A stretch of DNA of 64,000 nucleotides from Squalus acanthias (lineage: Eukaryota): positions 38,874,001 to 38,938,000 of the forward strand of contig CM059446.1 of the NCBI GenBank assembly GCA_030390025.1, in the 5' to 3' direction. The notes under the pieces were generated by a model. The model did no database searches. It saw only the letters and a program-made list of their open reading frames with translations, and was not told the DNA's origin. Below are positions 59,999-64,000 of this stretch, one piece after another (within the stretch, counting starts at the first letter, position 1; the number at the start of each line of letters is the position of its first letter). The position numbers and the translations under genes are program-made.

Positions 59999-60273
59999 AG
60001 TGCTATTGTGCAAGCACCATGACACAGAAAAATCTGCTCCTTCAATCTCAGAATATAGCAATTTTATCAGAAGCCATTGATTGTACCTGTGAACAGCAGC
60101 AGTGATGACTATAGAGCTGATTCCACTATACTGCATTCCCAACAGGGAACAGTGTTAGAAGGGGGCGTAGTTTGCAGAATTGGGGTACAGTGTTGTACCT
60201 TTCAAGTGCGACTTCCAACCCACCCTCCTCCCCCCCACCCGCCGTACCCGGGATCATAAGTGAGAAAGACCTT

Positions 60274-60501
60274 GGGGGACAAATTCGGTTGCTTTGCGCC
60301 TCCCGTTAGTGCCCTAAGAGGGCGTTAATGAGGCACAAAGCAACTAGCACCCGGGCGTGGCGCCGCCACGCTTCCCGCGAAATTCAGCGGGAGGTTAGCA
60401 ACGGCAGTAACCGTTAACGCCCTGCGGTGCTGCGCCACTGCTAAAAGTAGCGCCCCGGCGAAGTTAGCGCCCCAATGGGGGCGCGACTCAATTTTTCCCC
60501 C
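60274..60501. mobile_element. GC-rich Harbinger-type MITE
   Basis: TIRs gggggacaaatt / aatttttccccc, TSD ctt/ctt, repeated tagcgccc motifs. Confidence 0.75.
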
Positions 60502-60550
60502 CTTGGCTCTAATAAGAATGGGTTGCAGAATTCCAGAATTTCTCTATAAC

Positions 60551-60668
60551 CAATGTTGCCCTTTAGCTGCGCGGACGCAGCTCCCGCGCAGGCCGCTCAA
60601 TGGCGAGCTAATGACAGAAACGCCCCTTAAAGGGGCCACGCACCCAAAAACGATTCGCGGGAACATTG
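60551..60668. mobile_element. hAT-type MITE
   Basis: TIRs caatgttgc / ggaacattg and perfect 8-bp TSD tctataac (60543-60550, 60669-60676). Confidence 0.85.
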
Positions 60669-62199
60669 TCTATAACTGTCATGAATTAAATTTTGCACTT
60701 TTTCCGACTTTGTTAGAATACACGTTCCCTTCCAAGATTTTTCACCTTGAAGTAAATGCCATGGGTGCTTCATCAAAATACGGAAAGTAACAAATCATGA
60801 GAGGAAGGAATAACAATTTTCCCGTTCACACTGCTCCATCTCTGCAGGCCTGTCCTTAAGAGTTTAACTCAAGGCGAGCGCTGGTGGCGATGAAGGGTTA
60901 CAAGTAAGACAGGCTCTGCCAATATTAGACCAGCTTCCTGTAAGTATGAGTCTGGAGCACAAACTATTCCAAATTCAGCACCTAATTTGGCAGTATCAAT
61001 TATGAAGTTCTCAGAATGAAGAGAAAATGATCATCTGTGCAGTGCATATTTTGGGGAGGGGTGTCGTGCAGTAGGGATTTGCGATGTCTGAGTAGGAGTC
61101 TCCACATCCTCTGCCTTGCATTGACTAAGCCCAGAATTATGTAGTACTGTATGAAACAGCAGCCAGGAAATTCTTCGGTGCTGCTCTCCAGAATTTCCCG
61201 AGAGAAGTAGTGGGGGTGTTGAATATGAATGTCCAAATATGGGCGTGGGTATTTAGAGAGCATGCAACTGACGGGAACATGTCTTCCAACGTACTTCCCG
61301 GTATTTTGTACCCTAACAACACTGGGTTCCAGGAGTGCCTATGTATCCCTGACATCCGATGTTGCTATGGGAATGGGCTGTAAAGTCCGTTGGAAATTGA
61401 ACCGATTGTAGAGTGATCGATTCAACTCTCCCGCTCCATGAAATGCAGTTTCCAAATAAAGTTGACACTGTCCTCTTCGGCTGCCCCATAGGCAAATGAC
61501 CCTGACACACTAAGCCCAGAAATGCTCAGATTGCTGCTGTAGAACTGCAGAGCTTCAGTCAAAGACAGAATGCCGTGCCTAGTTCCAACACGCTGGAGGG
61601 ATCAGATACAGAGAGCCATTGTGCACGGTCTCACTGACCTCACAGCCGCCTGAGGTCTGCTGTCATGCAGATCAGAGGATATGCTGATGGGGTGTCCAGC
61701 AGCCTAGGCAGGGGTGGTATAGAGAGATAGGTGAGGCTCCTGCCTTTGGAGCAATGGCACATCTGGCCCCTCCAGCCTCCTCGTCTCCTTCAAGTGTGCC
61801 AGAAAGCAGGCAGGGCCAGCTGACCACCCTAGAATTAGACATGGCGCTACCAGTCACAACACCATCTCATGATCCAGTATAAAAAAGTACAAAGTCTCCT
61901 AAGTCATAAAAGGCTCCCAGAGACAGCCAAAAGCCAGCCACTTCATTTACTCCTGTCACTTGGGAAGAACTTAGAAGAAGCACAAGGTTAGGATATAGAA
62001 CGTGCCAAACACCTATTATTACTAAGGAAACACATGTGTAAAAAACACGGAGTACAACATGCACTGACCACTTGTGGCAATACATTGGATTTAATTTATT
62101 TCCATTTATACCAGAGAGGTTTTTTCTCGCGGTGCAGAGCAAGGTGCCAGTAAATGAAATCTTTCATCTTCTACCACTTAAAGCATGAAATACTGACAC

Positions 62200-62410
62200 T
62201 GGAACACAGGAGCATAGGAATGGCTAGACGAGAAAAGACCAATGTCCATCTTGTTCGCCTTCCAGCATCCTGGATACAACGATAATGGAGCTGTTGACTA
62301 ATCACAGCAATCAATCTCTATCAATTAGTCTACAACAGACCCAGAAATTACACGAGAAAAAACCCAGTGGTAGAGAGCTTTGGCAACCATAGCCTCAATC
62401 AAAGCAATTC
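62200..62410 (-). mobile_element. 3' UTR fragment of the divergent CR1-clade family at 21536-22020
   Basis: gctagacga...gttgactaatca...ttagtctacaacagacccag...gagagctttgg is shared. Confidence 0.8.
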
Positions 62411-63456
62411 CCAGCATTAATTTCATATTTACTTGCTGAACAGGACTGAAACTTTCTGCTAGATGCCCTGGGGCTCTCTGAAGTGGTATGCACATTGGTA
62501 ATTTACGAGACACGTTTGCAGATCCCTTCTTCTTTAAGGATGTTCTTGTTCTGCTGAATTCTTGGAAAGGGTTTCTTCACAATTGGTTTCTCTGCGGCAT
62601 TGGAAACAATGACTGGGCAGCTTGCCTACAAAAAAAACCCAAGTCCGTCATGTTTTGCTTCAAAAAAAAGGACAAAATCCAAGTAAAAAAAACGTACATC
62701 AAATAGTCTGTGTCCCTTTAACAGCTGCCTTCCACCTGGAGCTTAACTTTAAGGCCTGGTGTGAATGGGTGGAAGTACTGCTGAGTGGCAATTCCACCCG
62801 ATGATTGGAAAATACTCTGGGACACTAAAAGCCCCTTACCTGCATGGAGGACACAAGCCGAATAAAGGTCTCATGCAGAATTACAAGGACATAAAACCCC
62901 ATCAAAAGTTCTTGGGCTGGGGGCCGAAGGGGGTGGGCGGTTGACATGTTATTGCCGGACTGGCAATTTTCTGGCCCCAACATGCCCACATCTTGCCAGC
63001 AGGAGTCGGCATGCCAACCAGAAAATTGGGCTTATACTCTGGTGTACCAGACTTAATTTACTCATGGCTTAGTCATTCATCTTTCATCCGGTTTAAACTT
63101 AGATAAATTTATCACAGGGGGATTACGCAATGAAAGTTCTGAGAAGTGGCAGTACTTTCCCATCAGCGTATTGATTTTTTAAATTTAAAACTTTAGTGTA
63201 GGTGGACAATTCAATGGAGTCAGGGTGATAGCCAACACAATCCCGCAAACGACATAAAGAGCTTGTCTTCTAATGTTCTGCACAGCGAAAATGTTAAAGA
63301 AAGCTTCCATGATCATTGTCTGAATGATAATTGTCCATAGTGTACTGTAATGTTTGATACGGGTCTTCATACCAGAGTCCCAACATATGGTCTGAAATTC
63401 CAATGTTAAAGAAGATTTTGTTTATTGCCATGCGTGAATGTAGCATCACACTGCTG

Positions 63457-63830
63457 GGGCAAGAGAGCCCCAGGTGGGCAGAGGAAACGCTTCAAGGACA
63501 CCCTCAAAGCCTCCTTGAAAAAGTGCAACATCCCCACTGACACCTGGGAATCCCTGGCCCAAGACCGCACAAAGTGGAGGAGAAGCATCCGGGAAGGTGC
63601 CGAACACCTCGAGTCTCTTCGCCGGGAGCAAGCGGAAGCCAAGCGCAAGCAGCGCAAGGAGCGCACCTCAACCCAAACACCCCACCCACCCGCCCCTTCA
63701 ACCACCGTCTGCCCCACCTGTGACAGAGACTGTAGGTCCCGCATTGGACTCATCAGTCACCTGAGAACTCATTTTTAATGTAGAAGCAAGTCATCCTCGG
63801 TTCCGAGAGACTGCCTAAGAAGAAGAGAGA
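63457..63830 (+). mobile_element. RTE-clade LINE, 5'-truncated
   Basis: GKRAPGGQRKRFKDTLK...CPTCDRDCRSRIGLISHLRTHF; 9-bp TSD acactgctg at 63448-63456 and 63831-63839. Confidence 0.92.
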
Positions 63831-64000
63831 ACACTGCTGACATTGCATTGGCCTATTACATAAAACCGTGACAGCCACCGAACCTATCTTCCCTCACTTT
63901 AAATTAAAGCAGATTATCAGTGATCATTGGCAGGTTTGGCAGTGCTGTGGTTGATGGTACTAGACCAGCAGCCTAAAGGTTGCGAGTTAAAATCTCACCA

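Noticed and set aside
1-64000. Prokaryotic operons, CRISPR arrays or defence systems
   Set aside because: Low coding density, spliceosomal introns and vertebrate LINEs/SINEs; no regularly spaced repeat-spacer array.

Overview
This is repeat-dense, non-coding vertebrate genomic DNA, most likely from a cartilaginous fish (shark). That assignment is inferred from the repeat repertoire: Deu-domain tRNA SINEs, an AmnSINE2-like SINE, CR1, L2, RTE and Penelope retroelements, and PIF/Harbinger DNA transposons. I found no intact host protein-coding exon; nearly all ORF-track entries are transposon fragments, their antisense frames, or noise. The main structure is a two-gene Harbinger system: a DDE transposase convergent with a 3-exon Myb/SANT-like gene. 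It occurs as two large decayed copies (35977-39510, 52608-57376) with identical exon-2 and intron-2 lengths, plus an internally deleted derivative, an older relic and several MITEs with GGG-type TIRs and 3-bp target duplications. The second notable set is Penelope-like fragments carrying minimal hammerhead-ribozyme-like motifs; two of these are self-contained fold-back (hairpin) insertions with perfect TSDs. Family names come from recalled consensus similarity, not database searches, and boundaries without a stated TSD are approximate.
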